DNA of 64,000 nucleotides from Halobacteriovoraceae bacterium (GTDB taxonomy: Bacteria; Bdellovibrionota; Bacteriovoracia; Bacteriovoracales; Bacteriovoracaceae). This document shows positions 47,208 to 57,481 of the stretch, piece by piece. The notes beneath the pieces were generated by a model. The model had not been told where the DNA came from and made no database searches. It worked only from the letters and a program-made list of their open reading frames with translations. A program made the position numbers and the translations under genes. The DNA lies in assembly GCA_963719505.1 (NCBI GenBank), contig CAVRCF010000002.1, forward strand, positions 160,001 to 224,000, in the 5' to 3' direction. Numbering within the stretch: the stretch's first letter is position 1; the number at the start of each line of letters is the position of its first letter.

Positions 47208-49095
47208 AAAAATTGTTGCGTTTATAATAATATTATCTTCTTTTAGTACTTTTGGATCAAACAAACAAAATGAACTAGCTGTTCATCTTCTTAGCTACTT
47301 AGCTCAAGACTACGGTGAGGCAGTTCAAGACGGTGTGATAGTTAGTAAAGAAGAGTACCAAGAGCAAATTGATTTCATTTCAGAAGTAGTTCGGATATCT
47401 GAAACAAATAATTATGACAAAGCACTAAAAGATTCAATTGCCAGCTTGAATTCAAAAATCTTATTGAAAGATAGAGTTTTAGTCGTATCTGAAGCGGCAA
47501 CAAGATCAAAGTCAGCTATTTTAAAAAAATATAACCTATTAACTTTTCCCTCTAAAACTATCGATCTTGTAAAAGCCAATAAGTTATATATGAATAACTG
47601 TATGAGTTGTCACGGAGAAACAGGAAGAGGAGATGGTATTTCTGGGAAAGGGTTAGAACCAGCTCCTACAGATTTTCATGATCTTGAAAGAATGCATAAC
47701 GTTTCACCTTACGGGGCATTTAATACTATTTCTTTAGGTGTTAATGGCACAGGAATGGCATCTCATGATTATATTTCAGAAGAAGATCGCTGGTCACTGG
47801 CCTATTATATTTCTGCTTTTCGATTTGGAAATATTAAAGAAATAAAAAGTTTAAAATTAGATATTAAAGAAAGTTCAGCTTTATCTGATAACGAAATAAA
47901 AGAAATTTATAGTATTGATGAGGAAGAGTTTCTTGGAGTTTTGTCAAGCGTCAGAAATACAAAAGCAAGTCCACCAAGTGCTGGTGGCGAAGGCCAACTT
48001 GAAATTCATCTTAATAAAGCAATAAAAGATTTAAAAAATAGTTTTAACTTATATAAGTCGGGACAAATTGACGATGCTAAGAATCTTTCGTTAATAGCTT
48101 ACTTGAAAGGTATAGAGCCAGTTGAGGGCATATTAAGGAGTCAAGATAGTGAAATTGTCAATAAGATCGAAGGCGAGTTATCTAAATATAGACACCTACT
48201 TAATGAGAAGGACTCAGTAAACGAAATTGAAAATGTTTTGAATCCAATATTACTTCAATTGGAAAAATTTAAAAATCAAGCTTCTTTTGATAAAGTTAAT
48301 AGTTCTTCATTTCTTATGTCTTTTGGTATTGTTTTAAGAGAGGCGTTTGAAGCTGGCTTAATTCTATTTCTACTGTTAGGCATAACTAGAAAGGCTAGAG
48401 CGAGTAAGTTTAATAAAAAAATTCACTTGGGTTGGATATCTTCACTTACTCTCGGTATTTTGTTATTTGTAATCCTCGAATTATTCTTTGAGGTCTCAGG
48501 AGAGCTTGCGGAATCTATTGAGGGGTACACCGCCATTATTGCATCAGTAATGCTATTCTACGTCGGATACTGGCTTCATAAGAATACTGACGTAAAAAAG
48601 ATTCAAGATACACTCTCAAGTGCCTTAAATACTTCTGTTAGTTCTGGAAAAGGAAATGCACTTTTTTTGATTTCATTTGCATCTTGCTTTCGTGAAGTAT
48701 TTGAAACTATACTTTTTTTAAAGATTATAATAATAGACGGACATAATGTGTTTTATGTTGGATTGGGTGCCATTATTGCAATTGGTTTAACTATGGGGAT
48801 TATTAGCTTTGCTATTAAATATTCGATTAAGTTAAATTTAAAGTATTTATTTAAAGCATCTACAGTACTGATTGTTGGATTGTCGATTATATTCCTTGGT
48901 AGGGGAATCGGTGCTTTACAAAAAACCGGAGTTTTAGATCAAACTAGAATTGATATTCTCTCTCTTCCATCAATAGGTTTTAATTCTACTTTAGAAGTTT
49001 TGATCGCCCAAATTTTAGTTATTAGCTTTATCTTTATCGTTGTGTGTTTGGAGACCTTTAATAAGACTAAACTTTTAAAAGAGGGTATTAAATAA
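47197..49095 (+). CDS. Cytochrome c / FTR1-family iron permease (PbrT-like)
   Basis: CMSCHG heme motif; two RExxE motifs (REAFE, REVFE). Confidence 0.9.
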   Translation: MITKKIVAFIIILSSFSTFGSNKQNELAVHLLSYLAQDYGEAVQDGVIVSKEEYQEQIDFISEVVRISETNNYDKALKDSIASLNSKILLKDRVLVVSEAATRSKSAILKKYNLLTFPSKTIDLVKANKLYMNNCMSCHGETGRGDGISGKGLEPAPTDFHDLERMHNVSPYGAFNTISLGVNGTGMASHDYISEEDRWSLAYYISAFRFGNIKEIKSLKLDIKESSALSDNEIKEIYSIDEEEFLGVLSSVRNTKASPPSAGGEGQLEIHLNKAIKDLKNSFNLYKSGQIDDAKNLSLIAYLKGIEPVEGILRSQDSEIVNKIEGELSKYRHLLNEKDSVNEIENVLNPILLQLEKFKNQASFDKVNSSSFLMSFGIVLREAFEAGLILFLLLGITRKARASKFNKKIHLGWISSLTLGILLFVILELFFEVSGELAESIEGYTAIIASVMLFYVGYWLHKNTDVKKIQDTLSSALNTSVSSGKGNALFLISFASCFREVFETILFLKIIIIDGHNVFYVGLGAIIAIGLTMGIISFAIKYSIKLNLKYLFKASTVLIVGLSIIFLGRGIGALQKTGVLDQTRIDILSLPSIGFNSTLEVLIAQILVISFIFIVVCLETFNKTKLLKEGIK

Positions 49096-49896
49096 ATGAA
49101 AAAATCCATCATATACATTAAAAAAATGGATTGTCCGTCAGAAATTAAAATGATTGAAGGTTTATTTGAAAATTTAGATAGCTCTATAAAAATAAGCTTT
49201 AACTTATCATCTAGAGAATGTGAGTTTTACCATAACAATAAATCTGAAACTATCCTTGAAAGACTGGGAACTATCGGTCTACCAGGAGTTTTAGTTTCTG
49301 ACGAAGAGATTAAAGAAGACAATATTCCCAATATATCTCAAAGTGTAGAATCAAAGACTTTGAGATACTTATTAATTATCAATTTTTCCATGTTTATTGT
49401 TGAGATATTATTTGGTTTATATGCTCAGTCGACAGGCCTCATCGCTGATGGTTTAGATATGCTTGCTGATTCTTTCGTATATGCAATTAGTCTTTATGCT
49501 GTAGGAAAAGCAATTTCCACAAAAACTAAAGCTGCTAAGTCAAGTGGTATTATGCAGATTACGTTGGGTTTACTTTGCTTATTTGAGGTTGCACGCAAAT
49601 TTATTTACGGAAGCGAGCCAATATCTAGTCTTATGATTATTGTTTCTGTTTGTGCTTTGATTGCAAATGTAGTGTGTTTAGCTCTTATTCACAAACATAA
49701 AGATGGTGAAATCCATATGAAAGCAAGTTGGATATTCTCAGCAAATGATGTGATCGTTAATGTGGGCGTAATTGTATCTGGTGCATGCGTATACTTTTTT
49801 GATAGTAATATCCCCGATTTACTTATTGGAGGGTTTGTATCATTTGTTGTTATAAAAGGTGGGGTTTCGATAATAAAAATGAGTAATATAAAATAA
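49096..49896 (+). CDS. Cation transporter with N-terminal HMA-like domain (CDF-like)
   Basis: KMDCPSE, STGLIADGLDMLAD, HMKASWIFSANDV. Confidence 0.85.
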   Translation: MKKSIIYIKKMDCPSEIKMIEGLFENLDSSIKISFNLSSRECEFYHNNKSETILERLGTIGLPGVLVSDEEIKEDNIPNISQSVESKTLRYLLIINFSMFIVEILFGLYAQSTGLIADGLDMLADSFVYAISLYAVGKAISTKTKAAKSSGIMQITLGLLCLFEVARKFIYGSEPISSLMIIVSVCALIANVVCLALIHKHKDGEIHMKASWIFSANDVIVNVGVIVSGACVYFFDSNIPDLLIGGFVSFVVIKGGVSIIKMSNIK

Positions 49897-50239
49897 GTTT
49901 TATAAACTAGAATAATGACCTTAGTATATTCTTTTAATGTTAGATCATCTTATTGTTTAATTGACTTTTGTGCCTAAATATTCTGTATGGAATTGGTAAC
50001 TCTTCTCGGGACTTTCCAGTTATTTTTCCTTAAATGGTTTCTCTATGTCAATGTAACCAGTAATTGTACTGAGATGTTCAAGGGATCGACTTTAACTAGT
50101 CACGCTACAAACTGGTGGAGTGTACATAATTCGTCAACTATAGGGTATTTGCAAAATATTTAGATTTATTAACAGTTGATCTCTAAAAAAGAATAGATAA
50201 AGCAAAAGTTATTTCGTATATTTAACATGCGAGGTAAAT

Positions 50240-50524
50240 ATGAGTGCTAAAACTGGTGCAGACCACAAAGACCAAATAACAAGAATAAATAGAATTGAAG
50301 GCCAAGTTCGTGGCATAAAGTCGATGATTGAAGAAGATAAATATTGTGTTGATATTGTTAATCAAATTAAAGCAATTAGAAGCGCTTTAAAATCAGTTGA
50401 GTTTATAATCTTAGAAAAGCACCTAAATTGTTGCGTAAAGCAAGCAGCCAGCAAAAAAGATAAAAGAGACATCGATGAAAAAATCGACGAATTAATGAAG
50501 TTGATACGTAATATAAGCAAGTAG
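50240..50524 (+). CDS. csoR: CsoR/RcnR-family metal-sensing repressor
   Basis: RINRIEGQVRGI, YCVDI, HLNCC (Cys-His-Cys ligand set). Confidence 0.9.
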   Translation: MSAKTGADHKDQITRINRIEGQVRGIKSMIEEDKYCVDIVNQIKAIRSALKSVEFIILEKHLNCCVKQAASKKDKRDIDEKIDELMKLIRNISK

Positions 50525-50539
50525 TAATAGAATTTGAGA

Positions 50540-51058
50540 TTATATCAAAATCGCTCTTTTCACTTTTAAACCTAGATCAAACATAAAAAAACCACAAAAT
50601 GTAGCACCCACTACCCAAAAGTAAGTAAGCTCTTTATATATATCTGCGCCAAAGATCATAAAAATTGGCAAAACAAAAATAGACAATGCTAAATATAGTA
50701 TTAAGCTTTTAGATCTTATTAGCTTAATTTCTGATTCAGATAGTACACTTGAGACAAAAAATGCTCCAAAGCCCATAAAGATACCTCCACACATTACCAT
50801 GCAGACATTGCTTCCAAAGCTGTTGTGTAAATAATGAAAGAGTCCCAAATTACTTGTTAAGCTTAAATTAAACTGAGGACAAAAAAGAAGTGTTATAAAT
50901 CCTAAAATTAATTGAGTAACGATTAATTTGGAAATCACAATTTTGAATGATGGCTGTAAATCATCTCTTACCATCTTTAAAACTGAGACTGTTAACTCTA
51001 GTGGTGGGGCAGAAGTATTATTTTTTTGAAAATCGTTGAAATCATCAATATTCTTCAT
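50540..51058 (-). CDS. Hypothetical membrane protein with Cys residues in or near TM segments (possible anti-sigma)
   Basis: Soluble N-terminus plus about 4 TM; FCPQF, CMVMCG. Confidence 0.65.
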   Translation of the reverse strand: MKNIDDFNDFQKNNTSAPPLELTVSVLKMVRDDLQPSFKIVISKLIVTQLILGFITLLFCPQFNLSLTSNLGLFHYLHNSFGSNVCMVMCGGIFMGFGAFFVSSVLSESEIKLIRSKSLILYLALSIFVLPIFMIFGADIYKELTYFWVVGATFCGFFMFDLGLKVKRAILI

Positions 51059-51141
51059 TTTTCCCTCAATTGTTCAAATAGTTAGTATTGCGAAGGTAAT
51101 AACTTAGAGTTAATCGTGGATTAATCTCTCTTATATAGTTA

Positions 51142-51168
51142 TACGATTTGAATTCTATATTTGTGACA
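51142..51168 (-). promoter_or_regulatory. Putative ECF-type promoter TGTCACA-N16-CGTA
   Basis: Reverse strand reads TGTCACA-aatatagaattcaaat-CGTA, upstream of 50540-51058. Confidence 0.6.
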
Positions 51169-51183
51169 TATTATAAATTCTAT

Positions 51184-51202
51184 TATACCCTAAGGGGGTA
51201 TA
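51184..51202. promoter_or_regulatory. CsoR-type operator
   Basis: TATACCCTAAGGGGGTATA matches the TACC-tract-GGTA pseudo-palindrome of CsoR operators. Confidence 0.8.
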
Positions 51203-51243
51203 AGTGATCATAATTACTATAGATTGTTGATAATTTATAAATT

Positions 51244-51270
51244 TGTCACAAAATACTTAATTAGATCGTA
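51244..51270 (+). promoter_or_regulatory. Putative ECF-type promoter TGTCACA-N16-CGTA
   Basis: TGTCACA-aaatacttaattagat-CGTA about 30 nt upstream of the cus operon. Confidence 0.6.
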
Positions 51271-51302
51271 ATAGTTAATGTACTAATAAAATAAGGTTTA
51301 TT

Positions 51303-51776
51303 ATGAGGCTACTACTTTTTTTAATATTTTCAAGTCTTGCTTTAGGCCATGGTGGTGTTAAACATGAAGAAGTTGATACGCCTAAGAGTATTAAGAGTAG
51401 CTCTGCACCTAATTATAAAAAAATTAAAAGCACGTATATTGAAAAAGTTAAACCAATTTTTAAAAAATCATGCTTTGATTGTCATAGTAATCAGGTGGAG
51501 TACCCTTGGTACTATAATATACCAGTAATAAAGCAAATGATTGATAGTGATATTGCTGAAGCTAAAACTCATTTAGACTTCTCTAACGACTATCCTTTTA
51601 AAAGCCATGAAACACCTTTAAAAGACTTAGAGAGTATCAAGCAGGTTGTTATTAGCGGAGATATGCCACCGATTGAATATAATTTACTTCATCCTAGTAA
51701 AAAGTTATCGGATAAAGAGAAATCTAGAGTTATTGACTGGGTGAATAAATCTATGGAGATATTAAAAAATGAATAA
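51303..51776 (+). CDS. Heme-binding domain protein (cytochrome c-like)
   Basis: SCFDCHSN, YPWYYNIP, MPPIEY. Confidence 0.85.
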   Translation: MRLLLFLIFSSLALGHGGVKHEEVDTPKSIKSSSAPNYKKIKSTYIEKVKPIFKKSCFDCHSNQVEYPWYYNIPVIKQMIDSDIAEAKTHLDFSNDYPFKSHETPLKDLESIKQVVISGDMPPIEYNLLHPSKKLSDKEKSRVIDWVNKSMEILKNE

Positions 51777-52977
51777 AGAAATATTAGGATTAATCTTAAT
51801 TCTTACTAGTTACACATGCTTTGGCTACACGTTTAGTGATGCAATAAAATCAATCGAATCACATGAAGTAATTGATAGTTTAAAGTTTGAGTCAAAAGCA
51901 TTGCATGAAGAGGGCAATTCTAAAGGATCATGGGGAGACCCCGTTTTTAGAGTCGCGGCGAAAAATTTTCCTAAAGACAATCTTAGTGATGATCAAACAC
52001 CTATGACAGGTATCGAGTTTGGAGTCTCTCAGAGAATCGCACTAACAACGAAATATGGAAATCTTAAAGAGGCGTTTAATTTGCTTGCTAAAGCAAAGAA
52101 AATGGAGGCTGTTGATAAAAAAGATGAACTTATTAAAAGTTTTTGGTTGATACTTATTAATACTAAAAGGCTCAAAGAAGAAGCAAAAATAGTTAATGAA
52201 AATATTAGTTGGATATCTAAAATTCTAAAGGTTTCAAAAAAACTATATTCTAACGGAAAAATTACACAGCAAGCATTATTAGATATTGAGATTAGAAAGA
52301 GTGAACTTGAAACATACTACAGTAATAAACAGTTTGAAATAGAGGCATTGTCGGATCAATTGTCATATCTTCTAAACTTTGAAGGAAAAAAAATAAATGA
52401 AAAATCAATTCCATGGAATTTATTAGATAAAAAGAAGACAGTTGCTCAAGACAATAAGGAACTTTCATTAAAATCTATCTCTAACGCTAAAAATAAAATC
52501 CTGAATGCTCAAAAATTAAATTATATTCCAGATTTAACGTTATCATTTGGTTACACAAAGAGATCCGACATCGATGACAATGGTGATTTTTTATCTGCTA
52601 TGGTTAGCTTTCCATTACCTTTTTCTTCAGTGAAATATGCTGAACATGATAGGGCATCATATGAAAAGTATTCTTCTGCTAAAAAACTAGACAACTATAA
52701 ACGATTTAAGCGAAGTGAGAAAAGACGAATAGAGACACTTCTAAATAAGTCTAAAAAAGAGTACCAAATCTTGTCTACGAAAACTGTTAAGTTTGCTGAT
52801 AACTCACGAAAGGTGACTTCTAAATCTTATACTCTCGGAAATACAAGTTATATTGAACTACTTCAATCGGAGCTAAAACTACAAAACCTACTTGTTCAAA
52901 AAACTAACGTATCTGCAAAGCTACTAGAACATAAAGTAAATCTAAAATATCTCATCGGAGAAAAGCTATATGAATAA
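51769..52977 (+). CDS. cusC: TolC-family outer membrane factor (CusC-like)
   Basis: WGDP...QTPMT...VSQRI, PDLTLS, SFPLPF; precedes cusBA. Confidence 0.82.
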   Translation: MNKEILGLILILTSYTCFGYTFSDAIKSIESHEVIDSLKFESKALHEEGNSKGSWGDPVFRVAAKNFPKDNLSDDQTPMTGIEFGVSQRIALTTKYGNLKEAFNLLAKAKKMEAVDKKDELIKSFWLILINTKRLKEEAKIVNENISWISKILKVSKKLYSNGKITQQALLDIEIRKSELETYYSNKQFEIEALSDQLSYLLNFEGKKINEKSIPWNLLDKKKTVAQDNKELSLKSISNAKNKILNAQKLNYIPDLTLSFGYTKRSDIDDNGDFLSAMVSFPLPFSSVKYAEHDRASYEKYSSAKKLDNYKRFKRSEKRRIETLLNKSKKEYQILSTKTVKFADNSRKVTSKSYTLGNTSYIELLQSELKLQNLLVQKTNVSAKLLEHKVNLKYLIGEKLYE

Positions 52978-54340
52978 AATATATACACTAATTACACTTT
53001 TATTAATCCTTACTAGCTGTGATAAGGTAAGTTTTCATAAAGATCATTCTAAAGAGTCGGAAAGTAATACTAAAGTAGAGAGTTATTATACCTGTTCGAT
53101 GCACCCTCAAATTAAAGAAAGCTCACCTGGAAAATGTCCTATATGCCATATGAATCTCACTAAAGTAGAAGTCGATAATTCAGATGATGATATAGTTGAT
53201 ACTGCTAAAAGCTCAATAAAAGATCTATGGCAATGCCAAAGTTATCCAGATGTTACCAGTGAGGTTAAAGACATATGTCCCATAGATGGCACAGAGATGG
53301 TCAAGGTTGAAAGGCCAGATCTTGGTGGAATTGCAATCGCAAAAGTAAAACTTAGAAAATCTCAACTAAGTCATTTTAATCCAGCTTTCTTCCCCGTTAC
53401 AAATATGAAAATGAATAAAAATATTAGATTATTAGGCTCTGTAATGCAGTCAGAAATAAAAGAGAGTAATATACCAGCGAGAATTGATGGTAGAGTTGAA
53501 AAAGTTTACGTCGCATCAACAGGGAGCTTCATTAAAGAGGGAGATCCAGTTTTGGACCTATATAGCCCAAAGTTAATATCAGCTGGTGAAGAATATATTA
53601 TTGCTAGAAGGTCTTCAGAAACCTCTAAGGCAAAAGAATTCAAGGAAATGTATAAACAGAGTATTGAAAGACTTAAGCTATGGGGAATTAAAAATTCTCA
53701 GTTTGAATCATGGTACTTAACTAAAAAAGTTCCTAGAAGAATAACTATCTACTCACCATCTACAGGGATTGTAACCAAGAGAAATGCCATTGTAGGCAAA
53801 TATTTTAACGAAGGACAAAACTTTTTTGAAATTTCTGACTTATCCGATGTATGGGTAGAGATAGATGTTTATGAGCATGATGCATCATTAGTTAGTCTTG
53901 GTCAAAAGGTAAAGTTAGAGTTTTCATCACTTCCTGGGGAAGTTACCGAGGGAGAAATTGACTTTATTGCACCTGTGTTAGATAGCACTTCAAGAACTCT
54001 AAAAATTAGAACTACAATAAAAAATCCTAATGGAAAGCTCAAGCCCGGAATGGTTGCAGATGCAAAACTTGAAATCGATATTGAAGGAAAACCACTTGTC
54101 GTGCCAAGGTCAGCGATTATAGATACTGGAAAAAGAAAGGTTGTATGGATAAAAGTTTCTAAAAAACAATACCAAGCAAAAGTTATAAAAACCGGATATG
54201 AATCTGAGGGGTATGTTGAAGTCAAAAGTGGATTAATGAAAGGGGAAGAAGTTGTAATGGATGGAAACTTTCTTTTAGATGCGCAGGCTCAGTTATTTGG
54301 TGGTTATGAAGACTTTAAAAGCTCTGGACATAATCATTAA
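52970..54340 (+). CDS. cusB: CusB-type RND periplasmic adaptor with heavy-metal-binding domains
   Basis: YTCSMHPQI..PGKCPICHMNL, LYSPKL, LKPGM, DTGKRKVV, GNFLLDA. Confidence 0.92.
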   Translation: MNKIYTLITLLLILTSCDKVSFHKDHSKESESNTKVESYYTCSMHPQIKESSPGKCPICHMNLTKVEVDNSDDDIVDTAKSSIKDLWQCQSYPDVTSEVKDICPIDGTEMVKVERPDLGGIAIAKVKLRKSQLSHFNPAFFPVTNMKMNKNIRLLGSVMQSEIKESNIPARIDGRVEKVYVASTGSFIKEGDPVLDLYSPKLISAGEEYIIARRSSETSKAKEFKEMYKQSIERLKLWGIKNSQFESWYLTKKVPRRITIYSPSTGIVTKRNAIVGKYFNEGQNFFEISDLSDVWVEIDVYEHDASLVSLGQKVKLEFSSLPGEVTEGEIDFIAPVLDSTSRTLKIRTTIKNPNGKLKPGMVADAKLEIDIEGKPLVVPRSAIIDTGKRKVVWIKVSKKQYQAKVIKTGYESEGYVEVKSGLMKGEEVVMDGNFLLDAQAQLFGGYEDFKSSGHNH

Positions 54341-54352
54341 AGGTAAATCACT

Positions 54353-57300
54353 ATGATTCAAAAATTAATTGAATATTCAATTCGAAATAGAATATTGGTC
54401 GTAATGATTTTTACACTAATTGCTCTTGGAGCAGTATTTAGTATGAAAACTGCAAGAGTAGATGCTATTCCCGATATTGGTGAAAATCAACAAGTCGTTT
54501 TCACTGAGTGGGCGGGAAGATCGCCTAAAGATATAGAAGAACAAGTTACATATCCTTTGAGTATTATGCTTCAGGGAATTCCAGGTGTAAAAAATATTAG
54601 AGGAATGTCTGCTTTTGGATTTTCAACAATCTATGTGATTTTCAGTGAAGATGTCGATTTCTATTGGTCTAGATCACGTGTTCTTGAAAAGTTAGCAACT
54701 GCAAGCTCAATTGTTCCAGAAGGTGTTACTCCTCAGATGGGGCCAGATGCTACTGGTTTAGGGCAGATTTATTGGTACACAATTGAAAATGATATTAATT
54801 CAAAAAGCCCAAAGTCTTTGTCAGAGCTCCGATCAATACAAGATTTCTATGTACGCTATCTTCTTCAAGGAGTTGAAGGTGTTAGCGAGGTTGCAAGTGT
54901 TGGTGGGTTTGTAAAAGAGTATCAGATTGACGTCGATCCAAAAAAATTATTTGCTTATGATATACACTTTAGCAAACTTTTAGATTCTATTAAAGAGAGT
55001 AATGTGGATGTTGGAGCTGAAGTCATTGAGGACGGAGCTAGAGAATTTATTGTTAGAGGAAAAGGTTTTTTTAAATCATTAAGTGATATTGAAAACGTAG
55101 TTGTAGCTATAAAAAACAAGACACCAATTCGGATTAAAGATATTGCGACGGTTGGACTTGGACCAGGTTTCAGAAGAGGAGCTCTTGATAAAAATGGTGT
55201 CGAAGCTGTTGGCGGTGTAGTAACGATGAGATTTGGTGAAAATCCTAAGCTCGTTATTGATAAGGTTAAGAAAAGGCTAGAGGTTATAAAGTCTGGATTA
55301 CCTGAAGGTGTGTCACTAGTACCTTTTTACGACAGAACTAAGCTAATTGAAAATACTATTGGAACTGTTTACTCAGCACTCAGTGAAGAAATTATTATTA
55401 CAATCGTTGTAATTCTTTTATTCTTACTTCACTTTAAATCATCAATTCTTGTTTCTCTTACTCTTCCATTTGGAGTGGGTATAAGTTTTATTTTAATGAA
55501 GGTTATTGGTATTGATTCTAATGTGATGAGCTTGTCTGGAATGGTGATCGCTATTGGCTCGATGGTTGATATGGGTATTATTATGACTGAGAATATTTAT
55601 TCTCATCTAAGCGAGAAACCTCAATCGAATAAAAAAGAAAGAATTGAAATTATTATTAGATCTGCTAGAGAAGTTGGACCAGCGATACTAACAGCAGTAA
55701 TGACAACAATTGTCACATTCTTACCAGTATTTGGCTTAGAAGGAAGTGAAGGTAAACTTTTTGGTCCATTGGCATGGGCAAAAACATTGGCCATGTTCGG
55801 TTCCGTTGTTGTGGCAATTATTCTTATACCGGCACTATCGGTTTTTATGTTAAACGGTAAGTTAAGACCAATTGAAAAAAATAAAGTTAGTACGCTAATT
55901 TTGAATTTTTATAAACCATCATTACGGTGGGTATTAGGTAACAGGAAGACTTTCTTAATTGCTCCATTTGTATTGTTGTGTCTTGGAGGCTTAGCTTTTG
56001 TAAATTTAGGAAAAGAATTTATGCCTTCACTTAATGAAGGTGACATCTTATATATGCCAACAACTACACCGGATATAAGTCTTACTAAAGCAAAAGAGTT
56101 ACTTTCTTATACAGACAAAATTTTAAACAATCACCCACTAGTTGAGTTTGCTGTTGGAAAGCTTGGGAGAGCTGATACTGCAATTGATCCAGCTCCAGTC
56201 TCTATGTTTGAAACAGTTGTTAAGCTGGTTGATAAAGATAAGTGGCCAAAAGGAAAAAGTATTTATCAAATCATGGAAGACCTAGATCAAGAGTTACAAA
56301 TCCCAGGTCTAGTGAATTCATGGGATTTTCCAATTCAAACACGAATTGGAATGATTTCAACTGGTATTAAAACACAAGTCGGTATTAAAATATTTGGACC
56401 AAACATAAAAACTCTTGAAAAGTTAGCTTCAACTATTGGAGAAGAGGTTGAAAAAGTAAAGGGGGCTTATGGAGTTTATGCTGAACAAATAACAGGTAAG
56501 CCTTATATCGAGTTTAATATCGATAGAATTGCAGCAAGTCGCTATGGAATAAACACTGGAACTATTAATAAAATCCTCCAAACAGCAGTTGGAGGAATGA
56601 AAATTGGACAATTTTATGATGGTAGGGAACGCTATCCAATACGAGTTAGATATAAAAAAGAATTTAGAGATAGAATCGATGAACTAAAAAGAGTATTAGT
56701 TCCAAGCCCACTAGGTCAACATATTCCATTAGAACAATTAGCTGATGTGAAAATCGTTACTGGTCCAGCTGCTATTCAATCTGAAAATGGACTTTTAAGG
56801 TCTATGGTCTTATTAAATGTAAAGGATAGAGACTTAATTGGTTTTGTAGAGGAAGCTAAAGAGACGATATCAAAAACAGTAGATTTGCCAAAAGGGTACT
56901 CCGTCGTCTGGGCCGGACAATACGAAAACCAAGTTAGAGCAACCGATAGATTAAAACTATTAGTTCCTATCGCTTTAATTATTAATCTACTTATTATTTA
57001 CTTAGGTATAAAAAATCTTCGAAACTCAGCAATCATTTTCAGTGCAATCCCAATCGCTATGGCGGGGGGACTGATCTTGTTGTGGGTAGGTGGTTTCAAC
57101 ACATCTGTTGCCGTTTGGGTAGGGTTTATAGCCTTATTTGGAATAGCTGTAGATGATGGTGTTTTAATGATGACTTATTTGCAAGAAGCTATCAAAAAGA
57201 ATTCTCCTAAGAACTGGTTTGAACTAAGAGATTGTATAGTTGAAGCTGGTTCAAGAAGAATTAGACCTCTTGTCATGACTACGACCACTACTTGCGTGGC

Positions 57301-57481
57301 ACTTATACCTATCATGTGGGCCACTTCTACAGGTAGTGAAGTCATGAAGCCAATGGCAATACCTACCTTAGGTGGAATGTTGGTAGAATTAATTACTTTA
57401 TTTATAGTTCCAGTTACATTTAGTTATTTTGAACAAAAACATATCGAACAAGGAGAAGAATATGACATGTCCAAATTGTGA
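54353..57481 (+). CDS. cusA: CusA/SilA-type Cu/Ag efflux RND transporter
   Basis: MGPDATGLG, AIGSMVD; Met triad contexts LYMPT, SMFET, RIGMIS. Confidence 0.93.
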   Translation: MIQKLIEYSIRNRILVVMIFTLIALGAVFSMKTARVDAIPDIGENQQVVFTEWAGRSPKDIEEQVTYPLSIMLQGIPGVKNIRGMSAFGFSTIYVIFSEDVDFYWSRSRVLEKLATASSIVPEGVTPQMGPDATGLGQIYWYTIENDINSKSPKSLSELRSIQDFYVRYLLQGVEGVSEVASVGGFVKEYQIDVDPKKLFAYDIHFSKLLDSIKESNVDVGAEVIEDGAREFIVRGKGFFKSLSDIENVVVAIKNKTPIRIKDIATVGLGPGFRRGALDKNGVEAVGGVVTMRFGENPKLVIDKVKKRLEVIKSGLPEGVSLVPFYDRTKLIENTIGTVYSALSEEIIITIVVILLFLLHFKSSILVSLTLPFGVGISFILMKVIGIDSNVMSLSGMVIAIGSMVDMGIIMTENIYSHLSEKPQSNKKERIEIIIRSAREVGPAILTAVMTTIVTFLPVFGLEGSEGKLFGPLAWAKTLAMFGSVVVAIILIPALSVFMLNGKLRPIEKNKVSTLILNFYKPSLRWVLGNRKTFLIAPFVLLCLGGLAFVNLGKEFMPSLNEGDILYMPTTTPDISLTKAKELLSYTDKILNNHPLVEFAVGKLGRADTAIDPAPVSMFETVVKLVDKDKWPKGKSIYQIMEDLDQELQIPGLVNSWDFPIQTRIGMISTGIKTQVGIKIFGPNIKTLEKLASTIGEEVEKVKGAYGVYAEQITGKPYIEFNIDRIAASRYGINTGTINKILQTAVGGMKIGQFYDGRERYPIRVRYKKEFRDRIDELKRVLVPSPLGQHIPLEQLADVKIVTGPAAIQSENGLLRSMVLLNVKDRDLIGFVEEAKETISKTVDLPKGYSVVWAGQYENQVRATDRLKLLVPIALIINLLIIYLGIKNLRNSAIIFSAIPIAMAGGLILLWVGGFNTSVAVWVGFIALFGIAVDDGVLMMTYLQEAIKKNSPKNWFELRDCIVEAGSRRIRPLVMTTTTTCVALIPIMWATSTGSEVMKPMAIPTLGGMLVELITLFIVPVTFSYFEQKHIEQGEEYDMSKL

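Noticed and set aside
49961-50127. Minus-strand stop-interrupted coding-like remnant (...GKSREELPIPYRIFRHKSQ)
   Set aside because: Looks like a gene relic but I cannot assign a family or boundaries without a search.
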